The notes under the pieces are model-generated. The model ran no database searches, was not told where the DNA came from, and saw nothing but the letters and a program-made list of their open reading frames with translations. Source: a bacterium (GTDB lineage Bacteria > UBA8248 > JACPRG01 > G963555815). From it: a DNA stretch of 64,000 nucleotides. Every line of letters starts with the position of its first letter. Position 1 is the first letter of the stretch. This document shows positions 38,231-47,723 of the stretch, in pieces. Where the stretch lies: NCBI GenBank assembly GCA_965249615.1, contig CBDFMI010000006.1, positions 444,132-508,131 on the forward strand. Reading direction: 5' to 3'. Both the position numbers and the translations under genes were made by a program.

Positions 38231-40270
38231 TTATTTTGGCCCTTCGACCAGCTTCTCTGGGAGTCTTTCATTGTGGTCGGGCGAGAGCCCGAGGTCCTTG
38301 AGGAGTTTGGCGCTGTAGAAGGCGAGCTCCCAAGATACCGCGGGCCTGATCTGAGAAGGCGTGAGCCCCTCAGCAAACGTCAGGTCAGCCCCCTTGAGGT
38401 TGGCCAGGAGAAGATCGGCCCCTTCGAGGTTAGCCCCGCGCAGGTCGGCCCCTTGGAGGTTGGCCTGGGTCAGTACGGCCCCTTGGAGGTTGGCCTGGAG
38501 CAGGTTGGCCCTCTGGAGGTTGGCCTGGAGCAGGTTGGCCCCCTGGAGGTTGGCGGAAAACAGGACGACTTCCTGGAGATCAGCTCCCTGGAGGTCGCTC
38601 CTCTGGAGGTCGGCCTCGTGGAGGAGGGCCCCTTGAAGTTTTGCCCCCTGCAAGTCGGCATTGACTAGGAAGGAACGAAACCCTGCGGCGTATCGCAGGT
38701 CTCTTCCCCTGAGACGGGCCCCTTTCACCAGACTAAACTCATCTTCGTTCTGTCCCGTCCAGTTTGGGGGCTTGGTTGAAACCTCCACCTCGCTGAAGTC
38801 CGCGAAGGGGCTGAGGCCAATGAGCGCGAAGGCGCCTGGCACCCATCTCCGGATGCTGATCGGTTTCAGGTCGGGGGCGATAGGCGTGGTGGCTTGCCGT
38901 ATGAAGCGAGCAGGAGGGGCAAAGTAGGCGGGGGGGACGCCGTCAATCCCCCCGAGGGCGAACAAAGAAAAGATGGCGCCGATACCGAGGGCCATTGCCA
39001 GGGGCACGTAAATCCTCCCTAAGGCCGATATGTATGGTCCCCAGACCCTCCATCTTCCCTTGAGACGAACCGGGATTAACTCCTCGCCGCGAAGCGTTCT
39101 CCTCGCGAGCTGGATGAACCAAAGGGCGCAAAAGGCTGAAAGGGCCAGAAGGGCTGAGTGAAACCAGGTCCCGGCCCATTCGTGGCGGGGGAGATATCTC
39201 GTCCAGAAGAGAAGGAGCGTTGCCGGGACGACCCACCAGCCAAGGACGAAGGAGATATGCACCTGCAGGCGAGAAAGTGGCGGGCGGTTTTTCCTCAACA
39301 GCGGGAAATGAGCCCGCGCAAGACAATTCAGGAGCCAGGGGTAGGCCCTCTTGTCGATGGGCCTCCCGTCGGGGAAGACAGCGGGAAGATCCGCCAGACC
39401 TTCCCACAGGCGAAGTAGGTGGACATGAAAATAGATGTAGTGGCCAAGAATGAGGAGGGGCACCGCTAAGTAGAACCAGACGATGGGGATCGCGGTCCCG
39501 AGGATGGGAAGGGGCGAGGAAGCGGAGTTGGTCAGGAGCCGGGTGTCTGTCGTCGTGGCGATAGTCAGCAGGGCATAGAGGCATGCCAGCAGCATCGCGA
39601 GGAAGATCTTTCGCGCGCTTTTGGACGCCTCCTCAACAATTCTCAGAGGCTCAAACCTGTGAAGGTCACCCGGGAGCGCCACTGCGTCCAGGTTGGCCCC
39701 GCCAAGCTTCACCCCTGAGAAGTTGACGACCCCCTGGAGGCTGGTCCCCTTCAGGTTTGACCCCCGGAAGTCCGTATCAGTCAGGCTGGCCCCGTGGAGG
39801 TCGGCGTGATCGAGATTGGCCTCGCGGAGGAGGGCCCCTTGAAGCTCGGCCTCGTTCAGGCTGGCCCTCTGGAGCTTGGCCCTCCTCAGACTGGCCCCTT
39901 CAAGGTTGGCCCCGGTCAGGTTGGCTTCCTTGAGGTTGACGTCCTCCAGATTCGCCCCCTTGAGGTTAGCCTTCACTAGGTTGGCCTCCTTGAGGTTGGC
40001 TTCAGACAAGCTCGCCCCTTCGAGGTTGGCCTTAAGCAGATTGGCCTCTTGAAGGTTAGCGCCACTCAGATTGGCCAGTCGGAGATCGGTGTCGGAAAGG
40101 TTGCGTCGTCGGAGGTCAGTGTTCGAGAGATCGGCTTTTTGCCCCTCCTTTTTTGATCCCTGCCACTTCCGGTGCGCCTCAAGGATTTCTGTCAGCTGCT
40201 CCTTGGTGAGCGTCCGAAGCGCGGAAATTTCTTGGGGGATCATTTCAGGTTTGTCGGTTTCCTGACTCAT
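38231..40270 (-). CDS. Pentapeptide-repeat protein with central polytopic membrane domain (PRP-TM-PRP)
   Basis: N-terminal ~150 aa and C-terminal ~130 aa are A(N/D)L.x pentapeptide repeats (ANLSGANLQEANLLKANLEG...); ~6 TM in the middle; start at ATG 40270 (alternative GTG 40297). Confidence 0.8.
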   Translation of the reverse strand: MSQETDKPEMIPQEISALRTLTKEQLTEILEAHRKWQGSKKEGQKADLSNTDLRRRNLSDTDLRLANLSGANLQEANLLKANLEGASLSEANLKEANLVKANLKGANLEDVNLKEANLTGANLEGASLRRAKLQRASLNEAELQGALLREANLDHADLHGASLTDTDFRGSNLKGTSLQGVVNFSGVKLGGANLDAVALPGDLHRFEPLRIVEEASKSARKIFLAMLLACLYALLTIATTTDTRLLTNSASSPLPILGTAIPIVWFYLAVPLLILGHYIYFHVHLLRLWEGLADLPAVFPDGRPIDKRAYPWLLNCLARAHFPLLRKNRPPLSRLQVHISFVLGWWVVPATLLLFWTRYLPRHEWAGTWFHSALLALSAFCALWFIQLARRTLRGEELIPVRLKGRWRVWGPYISALGRIYVPLAMALGIGAIFSLFALGGIDGVPPAYFAPPARFIRQATTPIAPDLKPISIRRWVPGAFALIGLSPFADFSEVEVSTKPPNWTGQNEDEFSLVKGARLRGRDLRYAAGFRSFLVNADLQGAKLQGALLHEADLQRSDLQGADLQEVVLFSANLQGANLLQANLQRANLLQANLQGAVLTQANLQGADLRGANLEGADLLLANLKGADLTFAEGLTPSQIRPAVSWELAFYSAKLLKDLGLSPDHNERLPEKLVEGPK

Positions 40271-40432
40271 CTTCCCTTTACCCGTAATGGGCCGCACTTA
40301 GAGCCGCCAGGGATCTGTGTGGCTCAGATAGTTCTCATAATATCATATGGTTTCGGAGAATTTTGGTCCTGGGCCGTAATCGCCTGGATGCGCCCTGGAC
40401 AGACGGTCAGCCCGTGTCTATATTCTTGTTTT

Positions 40433-40750
40433 ATGGAGCCGAAAGAGCACGTCGAGATCGCATCGGTGGACAAGGAGGGCCGCATAGAACTTTCCCAAAA
40501 GGTTCTCAAGACCCTTGGCGTCGCCCCTGGGAAAGAGGTCAAGCTAAAGGTCCGGGGAAAGCAGGTGACGGTCGAACGTCACATCGCAGACCTTTTTGCG
40601 GAGTACCGCAATAGGCCGAAGGCCCCGGGCATTCAGGAGCTCGCCAAGGCCCAGAAGAAGAAAAAAGAGGAGGCCAAAGAGGAGTTCAAAAAACGTCTCA
40701 AAGAACGTCCTGAAGTCCGCCCCGAAGATCGTCCGGATTTTTGGGATTAG
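40433..40750 (+). CDS. AbrB/MazE/SpoVT-type DNA-binding domain protein with Lys/Glu-rich tail
   Basis: EGRIELSQKVLKTLGVAPGKEVKLKVRGKQVTVE resembles the swapped-hairpin AbrB fold; internal ATG at 40433 chosen over the improbable upstream extension. Confidence 0.5.
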   Translation: MEPKEHVEIASVDKEGRIELSQKVLKTLGVAPGKEVKLKVRGKQVTVERHIADLFAEYRNRPKAPGIQELAKAQKKKKEEAKEEFKKRLKERPEVRPEDRPDFWD

Positions 40751-40941
40751 AATAAAGAGATACGCAGCGAGTTCGATTGCCCGCTGGTTCCCTTTAGTCG
40801 CCGCAAAGAATTCCACGATCAGTCAAATCCCCGCTCTTCCCCTTGACGCCTCAACTTGTTTCTGTTAATTCTTGACCGCCGGTTGGAAGACCTTGTCCGG
40901 CCCCTGCCGCTTGACGAAATTCCCCTCGGAGGAATTCTGCT

Positions 40942-43317
40942 TTGATCTGGATTCGCCTCTTTCTCTTCTTCGTTTCGCTCAGCTTCCTTTTTCCTGGTCT
41001 CGGCGGGGCGCAGGATGTCTTTCCCACCCCCAAGGGTCTAGAGGCAGCTCAAAAATTTTGGATCGACATCTTCACTAAGCACGGCAGGAATCAAGTCGTT
41101 ATCCACGATGCCGATCACCTGGACGTGGTCTATGAAGTCCTCCAGCTTGATGGGCGCGGCCCCTCCGGCAAGGTCAGCCCCAAACGGCGGGAGGCCGGGA
41201 TTCGTCGAGCCAAGAGCCGCTACCGTGAGCTCATCGACTCCTGGAGGAAGAACTCGCCCGACCCCTCTCAGCTGTCGAGCTCCCATAGGCGGATCTATCT
41301 CGCGTTGACGCGCCCGGAGCGCCGCTACAGCCTGCAGGAGGCCCGAAAGAACATTCGCGGGCAACTGGGACTTAAAGAGAGGTTCCGCGAGGGCCTTATC
41401 CGGTCCGGACTTTATCTGAACCGCATGAAGGAGATCTTTCGCCAGCACGGCCTGCCGGACGATCTCATCGCCATCCCCCACGTGGAGTCCTCCTTTCAGA
41501 TCCACGCCCTCTCCAGATACGGGGCTGCGGGGATCTGGCAGTTCACGCGGGACACGGGCCGAAGGTTTCTCACCATCAATTACGCCATCGATGAGCGCCG
41601 GGACCCTATTCTCGCCACTGAAGCGGCGGCAAAACTCCTGAAGGCGAACTTTGCGGATCTGGGGAGCTGGCCCCTCGCCGTGACGGCCTATAACCATGGC
41701 CTCGGAGGGATGAGGAGAGCCGTCCGCACGGTGGGGACCAAAGACCTTCCCACCATTATCCGACGCTACAGGGGGCGGATCTTTGGCTTTGCCTCGAAGA
41801 ATTTTTACGCCGAATTTCTGGCGGCAAGAGAGGTCAACAATCACCCAGAAAAGTATTTCGGCGGGGTTCCTTTTGCGTCTCCCCTGAAGTTCGATGTTTT
41901 CGAAATTCCTGACTACATTGGGATGGAGACCGTCACCCGGCACCTTGGCCTGGGGCAGGAGGAGATCCGAGCGCTGAACCCGGCCCTTCGCCGCCCTATC
42001 CTGGATGGAAGACGGTATCTCCCGAAAGGCTATCCCCTTCGGGTGCCTCCAGGGAGTGGAGAAGAGATCGCCAGGGCCTACGCCGCCATCCCTTCCGACG
42101 AAAAGTCGAGAAGCCAACAGCGCGACCAGTGGTATCGAGTCCGGCGGGGAGATACGCTCATCAAGATCGCCCGCCTCTTCGGGACTTCCCTCAACGCCCT
42201 CGTGGCGGTCAACGATCTCCGAGACCCGGACCGCATCCGTAAAGGGGCGGTCCTCGCCATCCCCCCAGCGCGCGGGTCCAGAGAACAAGGGCGCCCCGGG
42301 TCGTATCAAGTTCAAAGGGGAGACACGCTCGGCAAGATCGCCCGCCTCTTTGGGACCTCCGTCAACGCCCTCATGGCCGCCAACAACCTTCGGAACCCGA
42401 ACCACGTTCGTAAAGGGACGGTTCTGACCGTTCCCTCGACGGAGGCGTCCATCAAGCAGGAGCGTCCTCAGTCGTATCGAGTGCGAAGGGGAGATACGCT
42501 GACCGAGATCGCCCGCCTCTTTGGGACCTCCGTCAAGGCCCTGATGGCCGCCAACGGCCTTCGGAACGCGGACCACGTCCGCAAAGGGGTGGTCCTCGCC
42601 ATCCCCGGGGTGGAGAAGACGACGCTGGCCCGCCTCGAACAGGAGGAGCCGAAACCGAGCCCTCTAAAACCTCCTGAGAAACCCGAGCAAGAGGAGATTG
42701 AGGCTGTCCAAATTGACATTGTCCAAGAGGACATCCCTGAGAAAATCCCTGACGAGGTCTTGAACGGGGAAACCGTCCCCTCAGACGGGAGCCCGGCGGC
42801 ACCCCCGGCCGAGGAAGAGGCCCCCCTTCCTTCTCCTCTCGCCATCTCCGAGGTCAGATTTCCAGAAGCCTCCAGGGACCGAGGCTGGATCATCGTTGAG
42901 CCGGCGGAGACCCTGGGCCATTTTGCCGATTGGCTTGAGGTGGAGACCCAGGCCCTCAGACACCTGAACAGGCTCAGGCGCGGGAGGGCCATTCAGGTCG
43001 GACAGCGGATCTCACTCGCCTTTCAAAAAGTGGGCGTGGAGGTGTTCGAGGCAAGACGGCTTGAGTACCACAGGGGGCTAGAAGAGGACTTCTTTGAGGT
43101 CTACCAGGTCGAGGGAACCGAGCTCCACGCCCTCCAGACCGGGGAGAATATCTGGGCCCTCGCCCGTGGACGCTATGGGGTTCCCTTCTGGCTCGTGGCC
43201 AGATATAATCCTGACAAAATCCTTTCCCGGTTGGGCACAGGGGAGCGGGTGGTCATTCCCATTGTCGGGTCCCGGGCGGCTGAACCGCTTCAAGCGGAGA
43301 CCGGTATCGAGCCCTAA
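40942..43317 (+). CDS. mltD: Membrane-bound lytic murein transglycosylase D-like (SLT domain plus four LysM repeats)
   Basis: TTG start with signal peptide; SLT motif HVESSFQIHALSRYGAAGIWQF; four RRGDTL.KIARLFGTS.NAL repeats (LysM). Confidence 0.85.
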   Translation: MIWIRLFLFFVSLSFLFPGLGGAQDVFPTPKGLEAAQKFWIDIFTKHGRNQVVIHDADHLDVVYEVLQLDGRGPSGKVSPKRREAGIRRAKSRYRELIDSWRKNSPDPSQLSSSHRRIYLALTRPERRYSLQEARKNIRGQLGLKERFREGLIRSGLYLNRMKEIFRQHGLPDDLIAIPHVESSFQIHALSRYGAAGIWQFTRDTGRRFLTINYAIDERRDPILATEAAAKLLKANFADLGSWPLAVTAYNHGLGGMRRAVRTVGTKDLPTIIRRYRGRIFGFASKNFYAEFLAAREVNNHPEKYFGGVPFASPLKFDVFEIPDYIGMETVTRHLGLGQEEIRALNPALRRPILDGRRYLPKGYPLRVPPGSGEEIARAYAAIPSDEKSRSQQRDQWYRVRRGDTLIKIARLFGTSLNALVAVNDLRDPDRIRKGAVLAIPPARGSREQGRPGSYQVQRGDTLGKIARLFGTSVNALMAANNLRNPNHVRKGTVLTVPSTEASIKQERPQSYRVRRGDTLTEIARLFGTSVKALMAANGLRNADHVRKGVVLAIPGVEKTTLARLEQEEPKPSPLKPPEKPEQEEIEAVQIDIVQEDIPEKIPDEVLNGETVPSDGSPAAPPAEEEAPLPSPLAISEVRFPEASRDRGWIIVEPAETLGHFADWLEVETQALRHLNRLRRGRAIQVGQRISLAFQKVGVEVFEARRLEYHRGLEEDFFEVYQVEGTELHALQTGENIWALARGRYGVPFWLVARYNPDKILSRLGTGERVVIPIVGSRAAEPLQAETGIEP

Positions 43318-43402
43318 AGGCAACCCGCCGCTTCCCTCAAAGGGGATCTAAACCGGGCGGGCTGTCCCGTAGGTTCCAAGAGCGACAGCCTCCAGGGGAA
43401 TC

Positions 43403-44569
43403 ATGGACCTCAAGATCTCCAAAGAAGAACTTCAGAAGGCGCTCGCCCGAGTGCAGGGGATCGTCGAGACCCGCACCAGCGCCATGCCCATCCTTCAAAA
43501 CTTCCTCCTCCAGGTGCCTAAAAAAAAGAAAGAGGGCAAGGTGGTCGTCTCCGCCACTGACCTGGACATCAGCTTCCAGGGGACCTACGAGGCAGAGATC
43601 CTCTCCCCGGGCCAGATCACCCTCCCCGCCCGAAAGGTTTTTGACATCGTCAAAGAACTCCCCTCCGCCGAGGTCTCCCTCAAGTTGGAAGAGAATCAAT
43701 GGCTGCGCCTCACGTGTGCGAAAAGCGTCTTCCGGTTCCCAGGGCTTCCGGCGGAGGATTTCCCCGCGGTCCCCTCCCTGCAGGAAGGGCCCACCCTTGA
43801 CCTGAAGGCCCAGGATCTGGCGGAGATGCTCCGGAAAACCATGTTCGCCATCTCGACGGACGAGACCCGTCACGCCCTCAACGGGGTCTTCTTGGAGGGA
43901 GAAAAGGATCGCCTGAGCTTGGTGGCAACCGATGGGCACCGGCTGGCCTTCATCTCCCGGGCCTGTGAGCCCCTTCAAGAGCCGGTTGGATTCATCGTCC
44001 ACCGCAAGGCCGTCGCCGAACTCCTAAAACTTCTCTCTGAGGTGAAAGACACCGTCCGCGTACAGGTCCAGGAAAATCACGTCCTATTCGCCTTGGGTTC
44101 CTTGCTGATCGTCTCAAGGCTCATCGAGGGCCAGTTCCCCAATTACCGCCAGGTCATCCCCAGCCAGAACGAGCGAAAGGTCTCCCTTTCCCGTGCCGCC
44201 CTCTGGGGAGGGCTTCGCCGGGTGTCTCAGATGGCCGACGAGAGGTCCCGCCTGGTCAAGTTCAAGCTGGAGCCCAAGACCCTCTCCCTGCTCACCGACG
44301 CTCGGGAGCTCGGGGAAGCCCACGAGACCCTCGAGGTGGACTATGAGGGAGAGGAGGTCACCGTCGGCTTCAACGCCAGATATGTCCTGGACTTCCTGAA
44401 CGCCATTGAAACCGAGTCGGTTCAAGTCGCGCTGAATGACCCTCTGAGTCCAGGCCTTTTCCGACCCGATGGAGCCGAAGGCCAAGAGAAACCCCCCTCC
44501 GGCAAGGGGAAGAAGAAAGCACCGAGTCAAGAGGAATACCTCTGCGTTATCATGCCCATGCGGGTCTAG
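43403..44569 (+). CDS. dnaN: DNA polymerase III beta sliding clamp
   Basis: MDLKISKEELQKALARVQGIVE...; three-domain length; ...VALNDPLSPGLF C-terminal region. Confidence 0.85.
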   Translation: MDLKISKEELQKALARVQGIVETRTSAMPILQNFLLQVPKKKKEGKVVVSATDLDISFQGTYEAEILSPGQITLPARKVFDIVKELPSAEVSLKLEENQWLRLTCAKSVFRFPGLPAEDFPAVPSLQEGPTLDLKAQDLAEMLRKTMFAISTDETRHALNGVFLEGEKDRLSLVATDGHRLAFISRACEPLQEPVGFIVHRKAVAELLKLLSEVKDTVRVQVQENHVLFALGSLLIVSRLIEGQFPNYRQVIPSQNERKVSLSRAALWGGLRRVSQMADERSRLVKFKLEPKTLSLLTDARELGEAHETLEVDYEGEEVTVGFNARYVLDFLNAIETESVQVALNDPLSPGLFRPDGAEGQEKPPSGKGKKKAPSQEEYLCVIMPMRV

Positions 44570-44613
44570 CCCCTTCGGGCACGCAGTGCCTTTCCCCTTT
44601 TACTGGCGACGCT

Positions 44614-44994
44614 TTAGTCTTCCAGGATGACCTCGGCGAGGGCCATCTCGTCGGTGTGGGAGAGGCTCACGTGGGCCTTTCTGACGCCGAGCGAGTGGGC
44701 TCTTCGCTCGGCGGCACCGTACAGATGAAGGTCTGGACGGCCCCCCTCGGCGGGGAGGACCTCGATCTCCGTCCACGAAAGGCCACCATGGGGCCAGCCC
44801 CTGCCCAGGGCCTTAAAAGCGGCCTCTTTGGCAGCGAAGCGGGCGGCGTAGTGCGTGTACTTTCGCGGGCGGGATTCGCAATAGACGATCTCGGCGGATG
44901 TGAACACCCGGCGGAAGAACCGCGTCCCGTATCGCGTGCCCGCCGATTGAAGCCTTGCCACATCGACGAGGTCAGTCCCGATGCCGACGATCAT
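44614..44994 (-). CDS. acpS: Holo-[acyl-carrier-protein] synthase
   Basis: MIVGIGTDLVDVARL...FAAKEAAFKALG motifs. Confidence 0.85.
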   Translation of the reverse strand: MIVGIGTDLVDVARLQSAGTRYGTRFFRRVFTSAEIVYCESRPRKYTHYAARFAAKEAAFKALGRGWPHGGLSWTEIEVLPAEGGRPDLHLYGAAERRAHSLGVRKAHVSLSHTDEMALAEVILED

Positions 44995-45209
44995 CCGCCA
45001 CCTCCGATGAAAAATCATCCATGGGGAAGTTTTTAGTCATTATAGACGAAGAGGGGCGGGCGTGAGAACCGACTGGCGCCTTGAAAATGTGAAAATGAAA
45101 AATTGAAAAAGTCCTACCTCTTAAAATCCCTTGTCATGGAAGACGGATGGTGTTAGTTTCCTACTTGTCCTGGGTGCTTCAGCTGATGCCTTCCGCAAGT
45201 TCTTCTTAG

Positions 45210-46664
45210 ATGAAATTTGAGCAAGACTTCCAAAGCCTGATCGAGCTCGTCAGCAATGTCACAGACGCCTTCACGGCGGGAGTTTTTCTCCCCGGCCCCG
45301 CGGAGGGAATGCTGACTCTCAGGATCTATCACACCCTCAGCGACCATCTGAGGACCGATGCCCATATTGAGCGCGGGCAGGGGCTTGTCGGCTGGGTGGC
45401 CGAACACGGCAAACCCTTGAATTCCGTAGAGTTCAAGCACGACATCTCTGCCCTCGGTCTCTACGGCGGGCCAGAGGACATCAAATCTTTCATGGCCGTC
45501 CCGATTCGCACCCCAGAGGGGACCGGCGTCCTCTGCATAGACAGCAAGCGTCAATATGTCTTCACCCCCAAGGTTCAAAAGATCCTCCTCGACTTTTCGC
45601 GGCTCATCTCCTACCTGCTGGAGAACTCTGACGTCTACCGGCAGATTGGCCGAGGGGCCATCTCTCTTTCCGATATGCGGGACTACGCAGGGGCCCTCAC
45701 CCATTCCTGCGATGAGGAGGCCTTCCTCGACTCCGCTTGCAATCTGCCAAAGAAACTCCTGGACTATGATGCCTGCCTCATCGCCCTGCGGGCCCCCGGG
45801 GAGGACCGCTTTGAAGTGGCTCGCTGTATCTGTCGCTTGGAGGACCCCCTGGAGGGACGCCCGGTCGACCTCGACCGAAGCCTCGTGGGCTGGGTCCTCT
45901 CCCGCGGGGAGGTCCTTCATCTGCAGACCCTGAACCGAGAGAGGGGCAAGAGTCACCTCATCCATCCCGAAGAGCCGGCGTGGCCCGTGGCCTCTTTCCT
46001 CGGCCTCCCTCTTCAGGTGGCAGAGGATTTCCTCGGCGTCCTCGCCTTCACCCGCTCGAGGCCGGGGGGATTTTTGGATCGGGAGCTTGCGGCGGCCGAA
46101 CTGGTCCAGCGCCTGCTGTCCCTGGGCCTCGCCAACACCAGAATGCATACCAAGTGGCGGAACCTGGCCGAGGTGGACCGCCTCACGGGCCTTCCGAACT
46201 ACCGCCGTTTTCAGGCTCATCTCAAGGCCGCGCTGGAGCGGACCACCGAGCAAAAAGGGTTTCTCGCCCTGCTGGCCGTCGAGGCCGTGGAATTTCCCGA
46301 CCCGGGTCGGGAGGCTTGGCTGGGAGATGGGCTCCTCAAGGAGCTGGCGCTTCTTCACCGGCAGTTTGCGGGGGACCCGGACTTAGTGACATGCTTTCAA
46401 GGACAGAGGTTCCTCCTCGCCTTAGAGGGGGCGAGTCCCGAAGCGGCGCGGGCCCTCGCCGAGAGGCTCCGGGAGGTTGTCGAGGAGACCATCTTTCCTT
46501 CCCAGGGCCCTCAAGTCCGCCTCAGGATCCACATCGGCCTCAGCAGCTTTCCAGAGGACGGTCGCACAGAGGGGCAGCTCGTCCTTCAAGGGCTTCGAGC
46601 GCTGGAGTGGGCCAAGGAAGAGGGGCGAAACACCATCTGTTCTTGCGCGGAGGTAATGGAGTGA
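45210..46664 (+). CDS. GAF-domain protein with C-terminal degenerate GGDEF domain
   Basis: Two GAF-like regions; C-terminal LTGLPNYRRF...DPDLVTCFQGQRFLLAL...ALEWAKEEGRN is GGDEF-like but the signature is QGQRF instead of GG(D/E)EF. Confidence 0.7.
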   Translation: MKFEQDFQSLIELVSNVTDAFTAGVFLPGPAEGMLTLRIYHTLSDHLRTDAHIERGQGLVGWVAEHGKPLNSVEFKHDISALGLYGGPEDIKSFMAVPIRTPEGTGVLCIDSKRQYVFTPKVQKILLDFSRLISYLLENSDVYRQIGRGAISLSDMRDYAGALTHSCDEEAFLDSACNLPKKLLDYDACLIALRAPGEDRFEVARCICRLEDPLEGRPVDLDRSLVGWVLSRGEVLHLQTLNRERGKSHLIHPEEPAWPVASFLGLPLQVAEDFLGVLAFTRSRPGGFLDRELAAAELVQRLLSLGLANTRMHTKWRNLAEVDRLTGLPNYRRFQAHLKAALERTTEQKGFLALLAVEAVEFPDPGREAWLGDGLLKELALLHRQFAGDPDLVTCFQGQRFLLALEGASPEAARALAERLREVVEETIFPSQGPQVRLRIHIGLSSFPEDGRTEGQLVLQGLRALEWAKEEGRNTICSCAEVME

Positions 46665-46666
46665 GG

Positions 46667-47692
46667 ATGCCACTGAGCTTTTTGCCCCGGCGGCTGGCCG
46701 GGGACATCGCCATCGACCTCGGTACCGCCAATACCCTCATCTACATCCCCGGGAGAGGGATCGTGTTGCAGCAACCCTCGGTCGTGGCCGTTGTCCAGGA
46801 CAATGGGGAGGTCCTCGCCGTGGGGGATGGGGCGAAGACCATGTGGGGCAAGACGCCGGACTCCATCACCATCATCCGGCCCATGAAAGATGGCGTCATC
46901 GCTGATTTTGAAGTCACCCGAACCATGATCCAGTACTTCATCCGCCAGGTCTATCAGGGCCGGCGCTACTTCAAGCCTCGAATGATGGTGTGCGTTCCCT
47001 CCGGGATCACCCAGGTGGAAAAACGCGCCGTGAAGGAGTCGGCCTTTCAGTCGGGGGCCCGAAGTGTCCATCTCATCGAGGAGCCCATGGCGGCCGCCAT
47101 CGGCAGCAAGCTGCCCGTCCACGAGGTGGGCGGGAACATGGTCGTCGACATCGGGGGTGGGACCACCGAGGTCGCCGTCATCTCCCGATATGCCACCGCC
47201 TACAGCGAGTCCATCCGAATCGCGGGGGACGAGATGGATGAGGCTATCCAGGCCCAGGTGAAGCGGGTTTACAGGCTTGCCATCGGCCCCTTTGAGGCCG
47301 AACGGGCCAAGATCGAGATCGGCTCCGCCGCCCCCCTGGACTCCCCGCTGACGACTGTCATCCGGGGCCGGGACATTGTGGAGGGGATCCCCAAGGCCAT
47401 CAATGTCGACGACACCATGATCCGTGAGGCCCTCAACGGCCCTGTGAAGGCCATTGTGGAGGCCATCCGGCGGGCCCTGGAGCGTTCCACGCCGGAGCAG
47501 GCCGCCGACATCACGCGAAAGGGCATCGTCCTGGCGGGTGGCGGATCGCTTCTGAAGGGCCTGGGAAAACGCCTGCACGAGGAGACGGGTCTTCGCATCT
47601 ATCGGGCCAAGGACCCCCTAACAGCCATCGTGCGAGGGACCGGGGAAGTCCTGGAAAACATGAAGATAATGCACAAGGTCTGCGTCACCTAG
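46667..47692 (+). CDS. mreB: Rod-shape-determining actin homolog MreB
   Basis: IDLGTANTLIY...MVVDIGGGTTEVAVIS...GIVLAGGGSLLKGL; GGAG RBS; the long ORF-track version 45980.. overlaps the GGDEF gene and is rejected. Confidence 0.92.
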   Translation: MPLSFLPRRLAGDIAIDLGTANTLIYIPGRGIVLQQPSVVAVVQDNGEVLAVGDGAKTMWGKTPDSITIIRPMKDGVIADFEVTRTMIQYFIRQVYQGRRYFKPRMMVCVPSGITQVEKRAVKESAFQSGARSVHLIEEPMAAAIGSKLPVHEVGGNMVVDIGGGTTEVAVISRYATAYSESIRIAGDEMDEAIQAQVKRVYRLAIGPFEAERAKIEIGSAAPLDSPLTTVIRGRDIVEGIPKAINVDDTMIREALNGPVKAIVEAIRRALERSTPEQAADITRKGIVLAGGGSLLKGLGKRLHEETGLRIYRAKDPLTAIVRGTGEVLENMKIMHKVCVT

Positions 47693-47723
47693 GGATTCCT
47701 GAAAGCAGGAACGGGAGCCTTTC

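Noticed and set aside
38360-38640. Short near-identical DNA repeats (GGCCCCTTGGAGGTTGGCCTGG...) resembling a repeat array
   Set aside because: They are the coding sequence of in-frame pentapeptide repeats, with no unique spacers and no cas genes.
38168-38668. Plus-strand ORFs opposite the pentapeptide-repeat gene (38168..38668, 38361..38636)
   Set aside because: Mirror-image repeat translations of the genuine minus-strand gene.
45980-46666. N-terminal 229-codon extension of the mreB ORF
   Set aside because: It overlaps the GAF-GGDEF gene in another frame, is Arg/Gly/Pro-rich, and a GGAG RBS precedes the internal ATG at 46667 where MreB homology begins.
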